This document shows, in pieces, positions 29,569 to 39,383 of a stretch of 64,000 nucleotides of DNA. This DNA is from Candidatus Woesebacteria bacterium GW2011_GWB1_38_8b (lineage in GTDB: Bacteria > Patescibacteriota > Microgenomatia > UBA8517), in contig LBVN01000001.1 of assembly GCA_000993115.1 (NCBI GenBank), forward strand, positions 19,924 to 83,923, read 5' to 3'. Below the pieces are notes generated by a model. It did no database searches and was not told the DNA's origin. It saw nothing but the letters and a program-made list of their open reading frames with translations. The translations under genes and the position numbers were made by a program. Position 1 is the first letter of the stretch. Every line of letters starts with the position of its first letter.

Positions 29569-31516
29569 TATAGTTTGTTAACCATAAAATATAATCAGCT
29601 CCATCAACCACTCCCGAATTATTAAAATCGCCGTTTGAAGGTCCGCTTACGTTTTGGTTGTAGTGGTTAAGCCATATTACATAATCTAAACCATCAACTC
29701 TTCCATCCCCATTTGCATCACCAGGTGTAAAAATCGGAGTTGGTGTCTGATTATTAATTATTGGAAAAAAAGGATCAACATCCTGACCGAAATAATTAGT
29801 GAGGGCACTGGCAATACCGCAACCGGCAGGAGTTTTATTAGACTCAGTCAGATAGTTACTTTCAAACATACTAAATCCTTTAATCCCCAAATTTCTCATC
29901 TGGTCAATCTGGTTAGTCAATATTGGAAGTTGATTGCAGTCTGTAATATTTAACGGACCAAGCCCGGGGAAAACTCTTTCCTGATAGTTTCTAGATGTTA
30001 TCCAATTTGTCAAAGCCGTAAATTTGGTGCTATCAAGCGTATATTCCATTGGAATTGCGTAGTCGAGATAATTATTGTCAATCCAAAGTGGCCAATTTTG
30101 GTGGACACCGATTTGTCGGCTATCTTGGGCCGGAAAAATTGCGGCGGAGATTTTCAAATTCGGTTTGATTTCCCGGATTTGACGGGCAACTTCGGCAACG
30201 ACAGCGGTAATTCCTTCCTCCATATATAACTGCCATTTAGCTATGTAATCTGTTGCCTGCTCAATTGTAATCGGATTAGGGCTGGTTAAACCTGATACTA
30301 ACCAGTGACTCTGGACAGAAGTAGGTATTGAAACAACACCGCTTTCCCGGCCACGGTTACCGATATATGAATCCGATCTGGTAGCCCCAATAATACTGCG
30401 GAATAGTGTTATCAGCGTATATCCGGTCCTGGTAGACGCGACTGCCGGCGTCGGCCCATCAATAAATATAACATTAGCACCTTTTTTTAGATACGTATCC
30501 AGCGCCAAAACGGTTTCGTCTGTGAAGTAATATATTTCCGGAATAACCAATGTGGAATTGGCTGGCAGAGCATTGATATTGGCCGCGGTAAAGTCGATTT
30601 TAGTAGAACTCACGCCAAGATACGACAGCCAGCTTGGAGTCTGTCTGATCGCATAATCGTTATAAGTACCGTTTTTCAGGATATAAACCGGTGCAGCATT
30701 GAAATAATTAATTGCTCTGGAGAAAACAGTATCCATAACCTTGAAGCTGATTTTTGACACCTGCCAGTTAAATGTCAGGACCTGACCGTGTTTGCCTGTT
30801 GTGTCACCGGTATAATTATTAAGAATTATTGCAGGTACATTATCATGAAACATAGCTATGGCTGTAGCAGTTGACGTGAGTCCAGAAACTCGGTTTCCCC
30901 AGACGGTTCCGAATGCTGGAAAATTGTCTCCCCTCATAATTGCCGGGTCAATACCATTTCTTTGAGAAAATTCGCTTAAATTATGATCGCTAAAAGAATA
31001 ATTTCCTGAGTCATAACGGATATAATCATAGTGAATACCATCCGCGTTATAATTATTTGCCCAATCAACCATAACCTTAATCGAATTTTGCTGCACTTCC
31101 GGAATGCTAAAATCGATCCATCTTTGTCCCAAAACACCTGGGTAGTTAAGACCGCCACGAGTCATTCCATTTGGCAACTTGGCATCCCAAGTGTCTTTTC
31201 CGGAAGAAAAAGCAGCACAATCCCTCCAGTGACCTGCACAAAGATAAGCGTTTGCATCCCATAGGTGGATTTGCATACCTTTTGAATGAACCTTATCAAT
31301 AATGGTCTGAAGACTTAAGCTTCTTGCTCCCCAGACGCCGAAATAAATAACATTAAAGTGCATATCCTTAAGCTTTTGTAGTTTATTATCCAAATCAACA
31401 TCATCCTGAAGCCATACACCCCTATTTTCGGATTGTGATGTTTGCGCTAAAGTGGTTTTTACGTGTCCAATAAATAACGTTATAAGTAAACAAAATAATA
31501 GTAGTTTTTTATACAT
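29561..31516 (-). CDS. Secreted GHL10-like glycoside hydrolase with inserted GATase-like domain and dockerin
   Basis: ENRGVWL, DGIHYDYIRY, ISAAIF, QNWPLWIDNNYLDYAIPMEY; dockerin. Confidence 0.8.
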   Translation of the reverse strand: MYKKLLLFCLLITLFIGHVKTTLAQTSQSENRGVWLQDDVDLDNKLQKLKDMHFNVIYFGVWGARSLSLQTIIDKVHSKGMQIHLWDANAYLCAGHWRDCAAFSSGKDTWDAKLPNGMTRGGLNYPGVLGQRWIDFSIPEVQQNSIKVMVDWANNYNADGIHYDYIRYDSGNYSFSDHNLSEFSQRNGIDPAIMRGDNFPAFGTVWGNRVSGLTSTATAIAMFHDNVPAIILNNYTGDTTGKHGQVLTFNWQVSKISFKVMDTVFSRAINYFNAAPVYILKNGTYNDYAIRQTPSWLSYLGVSSTKIDFTAANINALPANSTLVIPEIYYFTDETVLALDTYLKKGANVIFIDGPTPAVASTRTGYTLITLFRSIIGATRSDSYIGNRGRESGVVSIPTSVQSHWLVSGLTSPNPITIEQATDYIAKWQLYMEEGITAVVAEVARQIREIKPNLKISAAIFPAQDSRQIGVHQNWPLWIDNNYLDYAIPMEYTLDSTKFTALTNWITSRNYQERVFPGLGPLNITDCNQLPILTNQIDQMRNLGIKGFSMFESNYLTESNKTPAGCGIASALTNYFGQDVDPFFPIINNQTPTPIFTPGDANGDGRVDGLDYVIWLNHYNQNVSGPSNGDFNNSGVVDGADYILWLTNYNG

Positions 31517-32765
31517 TATAATTGGTTAGCCAGATTACATAGTCAGCTCCGTCAACTACACCATCAGAATTAAAGTTACCATTTGACGGACCTGGGATGC
31601 TTTGATTATAGTGAATAAGCCAAATTACATAATCGGTCCCATCAACTCTCCCATCACCATTTGCGTCACCTGGTTTTAATATTGCGGGCGAAACGCAATT
31701 AGGTGAAAGCGTACCGATACAATCATCAGTAATTTTCTTAAGCATTGCCCAGCGGTCTTTTCCCTCCGGATCAAATTGTCCATTATGCAGCGTTTTGGTA
31801 TAACCACTGTATGACCTGTCCCAATCGTACCAAATCATCATATCAACAACACCGGACCTGGCAACCCGACAGGCTTCTTCGTACATCTGATCAGCTGTTG
31901 GTACATGAGCATTATTGTAACCGACATTCTCAAAAGCTTGCAGAAGAACCCCGTAGTTGGCATTTTCACCGACAACAGCTCTATCCCTTTTCATCTTTTC
32001 CAGGCCATAACCGCAAGTTCCTTCAGGGCCATAGCATTTATTACTGCAAGAACTAGCCCACTGATTAAGGCAGCACGAAGGGTTGGATGAGTTTGCTATT
32101 TCACAGGTTAATGACTGGCAGGTGTTACCTCCGCTACCTTGATAAAAAGGTATACAGTGGGTCCAGGAAATCGGCCAATCAATAGCATCCGCCCCTATCG
32201 CCTGCCATTGCGCTTTGCTGCTAATTCCTGTATCAACAACGTTATCAATCCAATTGGCTATCGGCAAATTATATTCACTTTTGATTTTATTAGTAAGAGC
32301 AACCTGCTGAGCCAGTGTAATTCCATCGTTACGGGGTTCCTGAAAGGTGTTAATCCCTATAAGAAGATCTCTGCCACGTCCGGTTTGATACCACTCCCTT
32401 ATACGGTTTAGAATGGGTTTTTCTGCCTCATCTATTACCCATACGCCGTTAACCAAATTCCAGGGTATGCAGTCAGACCCGCAAAAATGAGGGCCGTTTG
32501 GCCATATAATCAGATACATATTGGTCTCTTCAGCTTTTTGGATATAAGAATTGAGTTTATTTAGATCTCCTTCATTAACGATTGCCTGAACAAGGTTAAT
32601 TCCATAGTTTCTGAGAACAGTAAAATCGTTGACATTACTAACATTATCGACTCCATGATAACAAACCTTACGAGTTGGTGTTTGAGCCAATAGGTTATCA
32701 GTAGCGACAAGTGCTATTACGAATATTACCAAGACAACGGATAAGATATACCTTAGCTTATACAT
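31509..32765 (-). CDS. Secreted TIM-barrel glycoside hydrolase-like protein with Cys-rich insert and dockerin
   Basis: LRNYGINLV, INTFQEP (candidate acid/base Glu), LQAF, IWYDW; dockerin. Confidence 0.55.
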   Translation of the reverse strand: MYKLRYILSVVLVIFVIALVATDNLLAQTPTRKVCYHGVDNVSNVNDFTVLRNYGINLVQAIVNEGDLNKLNSYIQKAEETNMYLIIWPNGPHFCGSDCIPWNLVNGVWVIDEAEKPILNRIREWYQTGRGRDLLIGINTFQEPRNDGITLAQQVALTNKIKSEYNLPIANWIDNVVDTGISSKAQWQAIGADAIDWPISWTHCIPFYQGSGGNTCQSLTCEIANSSNPSCCLNQWASSCSNKCYGPEGTCGYGLEKMKRDRAVVGENANYGVLLQAFENVGYNNAHVPTADQMYEEACRVARSGVVDMMIWYDWDRSYSGYTKTLHNGQFDPEGKDRWAMLKKITDDCIGTLSPNCVSPAILKPGDANGDGRVDGTDYVIWLIHYNQSIPGPSNGNFNSDGVVDGADYVIWLTNYNV

Positions 32766-34452
32766 TATAGCTTACTAGCCAGATAACATAGTCTACTCCG
32801 TTTACCGTTCCGTCTTCATTAAAATCACCATCTCTAACTCCATTTCCAGAATTTTGATTGTAATGATTAAGCCAAATTAAATAATCCACCCCGTCAACTT
32901 TTCCATCACCATTTGCATCCCCTGGAATCGTAGTCGGGGTTGGGGTTTGTTCAAAAACAAATTCATAAGCTCCGATATCAAAAGCCGACCCTTGAGGCCG
33001 TATGGTTCCAATATAATCATCCGTAATACCTATTGCCGATAAATCTGCTCCGGAATTGACAGCGAGTGAGCTTGTTTGCAGGGAATAATCATTTATTGCC
33101 GGGTTTGTAAATTTTACTTGGGAAATATTTAGTGTTGTTAAGTTATTTGAAACGAAAAACTCACTACTTTCGGCACTGGGAATATTAAAATACCCGGAGG
33201 ACCCATAGCCAGGATTAATAATAATATTATTCTTTATCACATTTGCGTTTATACCGTTGTTGATTGCAAAAGTGATGCCATATCCAGCCGGATTAACTAT
33301 AGTATTATTAACAACAATTGTGTTGCCGTTATGTTGGTAACCTGTTGGCTTTACATATACATATATTCCGTCATGCCAATAAGAACTGGCGGTATTATTG
33401 GCAATGACGTTATTATAAATTCTGCCCCCGTCACCTCCATAAGTAATTCCATGACCCTTGGTATTGGTAATTAAATTGTTGTAAATATCACAAACACTAC
33501 CCGGGTTGATATTAATACCGTGAACATCTGTGGCTATGTCTTGCCCACCCTTATTTATCGAGTTGTTGTAAATATTGCAATCTTTTACGGCTGATCCAAC
33601 TTGTAGTGTTTTGTCGCCAAGTGTATCAATAACATTGTTGTAAATATGGACACCTTCGATTACGGGATTGACTACAACAACACCTGTTGTTACTGATCCA
33701 TCAGGGTTGTTACAACTTCTGGTATAGGGAATAGTAGAATAATTTGAATTCCCAATATAATATGCCAGTTGTAAGCTTGAGGTGTTGTCGGCTTTTGTAA
33801 ATCCATGAAAGTAATTATCATGAAAAAACAAATTATGTTGTGTAAAATTATCACGACTAACTACATCCAACTCATTATATAAACCATCTCCATTGTAATC
33901 CCAATCGTCATTATTAAGGCGGATTGCCTCATTCGCTCTTGAAATCGCCGGACATGAAGCGTTTGTGATTGCGTGAACAGCAATGGTAGACCCGAGAAGT
34001 TCCGTAAATTCCAAATGGTCAATCTCAAAGTATTCGGATTTCAGTCCCAACAACAAACCAAAAGTCAGGGCTTTTTGAACAAAAATACCGTATTTAAAAC
34101 CCGGACTTCCAGTTCCAGTTATTCGGAAATGTTTGGCATTGGCAATGAAAAATCCATATCCTGAAGAAGTATTGAATATTACTTGTCCTCCAGAATTAAT
34201 AAAGGTTATTGGATTTGTTACTGTACCACTAATATTTTTAATAGTTAAAGTACCTCTAGTTCCTGAAGAAATACAGACAGTATCACCTGGCTGAACTTGA
34301 TTGTATGGTGAAGACCTACCATCAAATACGGAAGTGGACACATTGACAGTAAAATCACAGTTTGGAGTTTGCGCCCATAAACCATCTACAGCAATCAACG
34401 AAATTGCATATAATATTAATGCGCTAAACACCGCATATCCTAATTTATACAT
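32758..34452 (-). CDS. Secreted right-handed beta-helix protein with dockerin
   Basis: VQPGDTVCI, repeated IYNN, RPQGSAFDIGAYEF; start moved to MYKLGY (34452), which gives a signal peptide; dockerin. Confidence 0.75.
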   Translation of the reverse strand: MYKLGYAVFSALILYAISLIAVDGLWAQTPNCDFTVNVSTSVFDGRSSPYNQVQPGDTVCISSGTRGTLTIKNISGTVTNPITFINSGGQVIFNTSSGYGFFIANAKHFRITGTGSPGFKYGIFVQKALTFGLLLGLKSEYFEIDHLEFTELLGSTIAVHAITNASCPAISRANEAIRLNNDDWDYNGDGLYNELDVVSRDNFTQHNLFFHDNYFHGFTKADNTSSLQLAYYIGNSNYSTIPYTRSCNNPDGSVTTGVVVVNPVIEGVHIYNNVIDTLGDKTLQVGSAVKDCNIYNNSINKGGQDIATDVHGININPGSVCDIYNNLITNTKGHGITYGGDGGRIYNNVIANNTASSYWHDGIYVYVKPTGYQHNGNTIVVNNTIVNPAGYGITFAINNGINANVIKNNIIINPGYGSSGYFNIPSAESSEFFVSNNLTTLNISQVKFTNPAINDYSLQTSSLAVNSGADLSAIGITDDYIGTIRPQGSAFDIGAYEFVFEQTPTPTTIPGDANGDGKVDGVDYLIWLNHYNQNSGNGVRDGDFNEDGTVNGVDYVIWLVSYNV

Positions 34453-36694
34453 TGTAGTTCGAAAGCCAGATAACATAGTCAGCTCCATCAACTTTTCCAT
34501 CAGAATTTGCATCACCCGAAATAAGCGTAGGGGTTGGTGAACTCCCTGAAGAATTAAGCAGTACTATCGCGTCATTGGGTTGAAGAGTAATTGAGTTAAC
34601 AGTACTGCCATCGTTATACCTTGCAGTACTTACAACCTTAATTGCATCGCCTATAACAACACCTGAACCCAAGGGTTTAACAACAACAGTTGCAGATTGG
34701 TTAAAATTATATTTTCCCAAACTATGCCAACCCAAAGCACCAACCGATTGGTCTAAGTTCACGTCTGCCCCATTTATATTGACCGTAACATTTTTACTAT
34801 AACTCGCAGACGGTGCTACCCAAGCCAAGACTTCATATTCACCAGCATACGGTATTGTAAAATTATAAGTCAGAGTTGCGCTGGTATTTGGAGCTGTAAT
34901 AGAGTGAACTTTTAAACCCCATTGATCAAAGCTTGCACTAGGATTAGTCCAAGAGCCAACAACCGTAGCCTGGTCATCATCAATTCTCTGAAAATAAAGC
35001 GGTGCCTGTGTGCCGTTAAGTTTTTGGTAAGTTTTGTCCAGTGTTACTGTTTGCTGCAATGGTCCTTCGTTTAATAAAACAGTTCCGTTATCAAAATGCC
35101 GCTGCCATACCCCTCCAACACCTTCTTGAAAGGCTATATCGTCAAAATAAATATCTCCTGCGTCAATGCCCAAATCAAATAGTAGCGTACCATTAGTGCC
35201 TGTACCTGTAGCTTTAAGTACATAATAATATTGATTCCATTCAGGGAAAAGACGTATATTATATGCCGCTTGTGCCAATGTTTCCCAAGCACCTCCGGCT
35301 CTTTGAACTCTTACCCCGCCATTACGGGAGGTGCTAGCTTTTGCACGGAAACTAACCGTATAATATTTTCCCGTCTCAACCGAAACATAATTTTCCCTAA
35401 AAACTGCCCAGCCGCTTGCCGCACCTCCAAGATGTATATGGGCTGAACCGTTTTCAACATTATAAGTTGCTATGACACTGCTTCCGCTTGTACTTGCAAA
35501 CCAGGGGCTGGTTCCTGAGGAAAAATTTCCGTTTACCACTTGATCGGGAGAGGTAATTTGACTGACAAGCGTATGTGTATCGGTAGGTTGTCCAAGATAT
35601 CCAAGTGTTGAAATCTGACCTCGAGTGCCGTATTCGTCATACCACCAGTTAGAATTGCCATACATATAGCTCCCTAAGTCATATGAATACATAACTCCAG
35701 CCATCATCGAAGAAACCAAACCGAAACGCATACGATCATAATCAGCGCCGTATTCGGCCATCATTTCCGGTTTTATCGCAGTCCAAATATTCTGGAAGTT
35801 ATATTTTGTCTTTATCAAAATACCGTTGGGAGAGTTCATCAAACCTGTTGTGTTTGGGTTGATTGCAGTATTCTGAGCCCATACAGAAAAGCCATTAATA
35901 ATTTCCGGCCAAGGTCTGCCGAAATCATTATCCAAATACCTTTTCATATCCATTTCGTATAAACGCCCGTTTACCCATTGACCATAATAAGGCGGAGAAT
36001 CGTTTGCATGAATAATGATATTAGGAAATGCGGCTCTTAATCTTTGAAAAATATCAATCATGCCGGCAACATAATCTGCATCGACCGAAGTAAGATTGTC
36101 CGGTATTCCATCAACGTTGGTATCTATATTATTACCTAAAACCCAACTAACACCCCCGTCTCCGGCTTGATCTACCTGCCAGCCATCAAAATGACCGCCG
36201 CTGGCATTCCACTTTCCAATAAAATAATTTACTAAAACACCACGGCAATAACTATTTCCTAAATTATTGTAAGCGGCGTTGTAACTAACATCCCGCAATA
36301 CTGCCCCTGAGGAGTTCCGCAAAATACATGCATAGTCAGGAGTACCGGGAGTGGCGCTCCACCATTGTGGTTGAACATCCAAACCACTCCCCGGGTCATG
36401 TGCCGGAATAATATCTGCAGTTACAAGTATTTTCGTATTAGGATTCAGAACATGTATCGCATCCGCACGACTTTTACTGGTGGAGTTGGATCCATCGCTG
36501 TACATTGCGTAGAGATTGAAACTTGCAAAGTACCCGTTGTCTACATTAGCTGTATAATTCCCCCACAAATTATATATTCGCGGATATCCACTGCTGTCTG
36601 CAAAGGTGTTTTTAGGATTTAATAAAAAAAATGCAAAAAACAAAAGCACCGTTGACAAGCGACAACTAACAATCAGTAATTTCTTACACCCCAT
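34445..36694 (-). CDS. Secreted GHL15-like glycoside hydrolase with CBM inserts and single-repeat (half) dockerin
   Basis: Close paralog of 12165..14513; ends GDANSDGKVDGADYVIWLSNYNV with only one repeat. Confidence 0.7.
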   Translation of the reverse strand: MGCKKLLIVSCRLSTVLLFFAFFLLNPKNTFADSSGYPRIYNLWGNYTANVDNGYFASFNLYAMYSDGSNSTSKSRADAIHVLNPNTKILVTADIIPAHDPGSGLDVQPQWWSATPGTPDYACILRNSSGAVLRDVSYNAAYNNLGNSYCRGVLVNYFIGKWNASGGHFDGWQVDQAGDGGVSWVLGNNIDTNVDGIPDNLTSVDADYVAGMIDIFQRLRAAFPNIIIHANDSPPYYGQWVNGRLYEMDMKRYLDNDFGRPWPEIINGFSVWAQNTAINPNTTGLMNSPNGILIKTKYNFQNIWTAIKPEMMAEYGADYDRMRFGLVSSMMAGVMYSYDLGSYMYGNSNWWYDEYGTRGQISTLGYLGQPTDTHTLVSQITSPDQVVNGNFSSGTSPWFASTSGSSVIATYNVENGSAHIHLGGAASGWAVFRENYVSVETGKYYTVSFRAKASTSRNGGVRVQRAGGAWETLAQAAYNIRLFPEWNQYYYVLKATGTGTNGTLLFDLGIDAGDIYFDDIAFQEGVGGVWQRHFDNGTVLLNEGPLQQTVTLDKTYQKLNGTQAPLYFQRIDDDQATVVGSWTNPSASFDQWGLKVHSITAPNTSATLTYNFTIPYAGEYEVLAWVAPSASYSKNVTVNINGADVNLDQSVGALGWHSLGKYNFNQSATVVVKPLGSGVVIGDAIKVVSTARYNDGSTVNSITLQPNDAIVLLNSSGSSPTPTLISGDANSDGKVDGADYVIWLSNYNV

Positions 36695-39362
36695 AATTAT
36701 TCAACCAAATCACATAGTCAGCCCCATCAACATTTCCTGAATTATTAAAGTCACCATTTGCAGGACCGGTGACATTTAGATTGTAGTGATTTAGCCAAAT
36801 TACATAATCAGCTCCATCAACTCGTCCGTCGTTATTCGCATCTCCTAGGATTGGCGTTGGTGAGATTGTAGGAGTAATACTTATCGATTGATTATAATTC
36901 CCGATTTTTACTCCAACATCTGTTGTTACCGAAGCCAAATTATTTAGATTTATTATCAGTTCACCTTGATTGTTCGTTGGAATTTGTGAACTTGTTTTAG
37001 CTAAATTCGCACCATTGTCGAATTGCCAATATTCTACTGGCAGGGTTTCGTTTACAGAAAAACCTGAAATTGTAACACTCCCTGTTAATCTACCTAAATC
37101 CCAAGTCTGGGAACATCCGGATATTCCACCCACTACTGCGCACCATGTGTGTTTTTTATTTTGAATCCAAAGGTGCGCCAATTTCTTTTGTATATTTTTC
37201 TGACCAATAACCCGAATCGAATTATTATCATATCCCAAGGCTCCTATATCTGTATAACCTCCCTGATTTAAAGGAATATTTACTAAAAAGTCGGAAAGGG
37301 GTTTAAATCTATCCCGATGGTCAAACGTCAAAGGACAAGGAACAACTCCCCCGGGACAGTCATAAATATGAAAATTTTCAAACCAATAAGATTCAATTAA
37401 TCCGCCAGAATTAAGTCCCGCCCAAAGAAAATTATGAAGCCAAACCCCATTAGTATCCTTTCTTATATCTGAATCCTGAACCAGGTTGTTATCAACCACA
37501 AAACCGGTTTCCCCCCTTACTGTCGGCCAGCGTGTGTTTGATTGCGTACCCCACTGCGAACTGGCATCAATAGTAGCTTGTGCCTCGTCATAAAAATCAG
37601 TCAATGGCACACAAGGATTTCCGGATCTTCTTATGTAGCAGTGAACATCAGCAAAATCAATACCGGGATAATTATTTAAATTCCAAGAGGATGTAGTCCC
37701 TGTCCAAACTGAAGTTGACACCATTTGATGCGGGGAAAATTGACCCATATATTCCCCCATCATATTAACCGAAATTCTGTGGCCAGAATAACCCGGATCA
37801 CCCTCGTTCACATATTCCCAGGAATGTATATTTGTCGAATATCCCCAACGGGCCTCCAGATATCTCCACCAAGCTTTTTGTAACCACCTTGTTTTGGTAA
37901 TGGAGGTGTCTGAGGGTCCATAAAAATAATAAGATACGGGGTTAAAATCACCTGTTGGATTCCCGCTATGGTCAATGTGTGTAAATGTCCACTCTCTGTG
38001 GTCTCCAATTACGGGACGAAGGTAAACACTGTTCTGTTTAGCCAACTCAACAACCTGATCAAAAGAAAAAGAATTTCGCTGGTCAAAATATCTATGGTGA
38101 TCCATTTTAGGTTTTTGTAAAATATTTGCACCAACCGCAATATTGTTCTGTAATTCCTTTATTTCAACCTCGGAAACTCTGACACTTCCTGAAGTTATAT
38201 TCTCGAGTTGTAAAAAAAGATGGTCTATGAAATCCTGATTTCCGGTCGTAAAAGTTCCCGTCAACCATTGCCAGGAAGCGTTTGCTCCCTGCCTTACATA
38301 AGGTGTAATTGCAGTTGCCGAATTACATCCCTGCCAAGTACCCAGTTTGGCTACAAATCCCCCCTCCCCAACAATATTATCAGGATAATAAAAAATTCTA
38401 ATTTGGTAAGTAGTGTTTGGTTTTACAGCAATTGGAGCGTTTTGGTATGGGTCATGAAAAACACAAGGGTACACTGTTCCTACTTTTAACGCCAGTTCAT
38501 GATCGCTTTCCAAATACTGATTAACGTTCGAGGTTAGAAGTTCCATCGGAGGATCGCCCCCTGTATTTCCAAATGCTTTCCATGGATTCCAACCTGCACC
38601 AAATATTGACCACTGAGACAGCCAAACGCGAATCAGTTGAACACCATTTTGTCCCATACTTTGAAAATTGGATTGATTTTGTGAAATCGGATTTACCCAG
38701 TTTACGTGGTTATAGTTCATGTTATATCCAAGACCGGCAAAATATGACCCATTATCAAATTCAAAATAGCGCTTATCACTTTGGGCAACTCTAATAAATC
38801 CCTTACTGCCTGATGCGACAACACTAAAGCCACTGATGTTTGAAGTTGAACTGCCTGATGCGTCTCGCACTTTTATTCTGTATTGCCAGTTTCCGACTTG
38901 GTTTGGTGCGTAACGAACTTTCCAGGAAAAATTTCCGTTTGGATATATCCAGTCTCTAGTCCCGTTGTTTTTGCTTAACATTGAAAAATCCTGATAATAA
39001 AAAGCTGGTTGCGTATAAGCATTGTTCCAGTCTGTTTCGCCTGGAGGAAGAAGCTCCGCGTCTACTGAAATTCCTAAATCGGCTTCTTTAAGGCCTGATG
39101 GCACAGGAGGTTCATAAGGAAGCTGTAAATTTTGTGCAACAGTATTTGCAACCTGAAAAGAAATTTCCAGCTTTTCGTATTTTGGAATTTGAGAACCCTG
39201 ATACGATGACCTATTATCGGAAATACTATTTATCGTAGGTCCCTGCTGGGCAAAAATATTTCTTGGATACACCAAAAAAAATCCCAAACATAGAAATAGT
39301 GATGTTAGAATTAATAGTCTTCGCATACTACTTATCAGTATATCAGCCAACTGGACTCTCAA
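36684..39362 (-). CDS. Secreted clan GH-A-like hydrolase with N-terminal Ig-like (DUF5060-like) domain, CBM-like insert and dockerin
   Basis: IPKYEKLEI, WKVRYAPNQVGNWQY, RYFEFDNG, ARWGYSTNIHSWEYVNE (acid/base), DVH, RGETG (nucleophile); dockerin. Confidence 0.75.
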   Translation of the reverse strand: MRVQLADILISSMRRLLILTSLFLCLGFFLVYPRNIFAQQGPTINSISDNRSSYQGSQIPKYEKLEISFQVANTVAQNLQLPYEPPVPSGLKEADLGISVDAELLPPGETDWNNAYTQPAFYYQDFSMLSKNNGTRDWIYPNGNFSWKVRYAPNQVGNWQYRIKVRDASGSSTSNISGFSVVASGSKGFIRVAQSDKRYFEFDNGSYFAGLGYNMNYNHVNWVNPISQNQSNFQSMGQNGVQLIRVWLSQWSIFGAGWNPWKAFGNTGGDPPMELLTSNVNQYLESDHELALKVGTVYPCVFHDPYQNAPIAVKPNTTYQIRIFYYPDNIVGEGGFVAKLGTWQGCNSATAITPYVRQGANASWQWLTGTFTTGNQDFIDHLFLQLENITSGSVRVSEVEIKELQNNIAVGANILQKPKMDHHRYFDQRNSFSFDQVVELAKQNSVYLRPVIGDHREWTFTHIDHSGNPTGDFNPVSYYFYGPSDTSITKTRWLQKAWWRYLEARWGYSTNIHSWEYVNEGDPGYSGHRISVNMMGEYMGQFSPHQMVSTSVWTGTTSSWNLNNYPGIDFADVHCYIRRSGNPCVPLTDFYDEAQATIDASSQWGTQSNTRWPTVRGETGFVVDNNLVQDSDIRKDTNGVWLHNFLWAGLNSGGLIESYWFENFHIYDCPGGVVPCPLTFDHRDRFKPLSDFLVNIPLNQGGYTDIGALGYDNNSIRVIGQKNIQKKLAHLWIQNKKHTWCAVVGGISGCSQTWDLGRLTGSVTISGFSVNETLPVEYWQFDNGANLAKTSSQIPTNNQGELIINLNNLASVTTDVGVKIGNYNQSISITPTISPTPILGDANNDGRVDGADYVIWLNHYNLNVTGPANGDFNNSGNVDGADYVIWLNNYGV

Positions 39363-39383
39363 TCCAGAAAAAAATTTGTGAAT

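Noticed and set aside
34453-34515. N-terminal extension MMQILMEKLMELTMLSGFRTT of ORF 32758..34515
   Set aside because: Alternate-frame read of the upstream dockerin; the signal peptide begins at MYKLGY (34452).
10747-39362. Integron cassette array or CRISPR-like repeat array
   Set aside because: The recurring DNA is dockerin coding sequence. Many genes overlap, leaving no room for attC sites. There is no integron integrase, cas gene or regular repeat-spacer period.
10747-39362. Diversity-generating retroelement acting on the C-terminal repeats
   Set aside because: No reverse transcriptase in the window, and differences between repeats are not adenine-specific.
10747-39362. Canonical cellulose-degrading cellulosome
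   Set aside because: No recognisable GH48/GH9 enzymes, CBM3 or many-cohesin scaffoldin. The architecture is analogous but the substrate is unknown.
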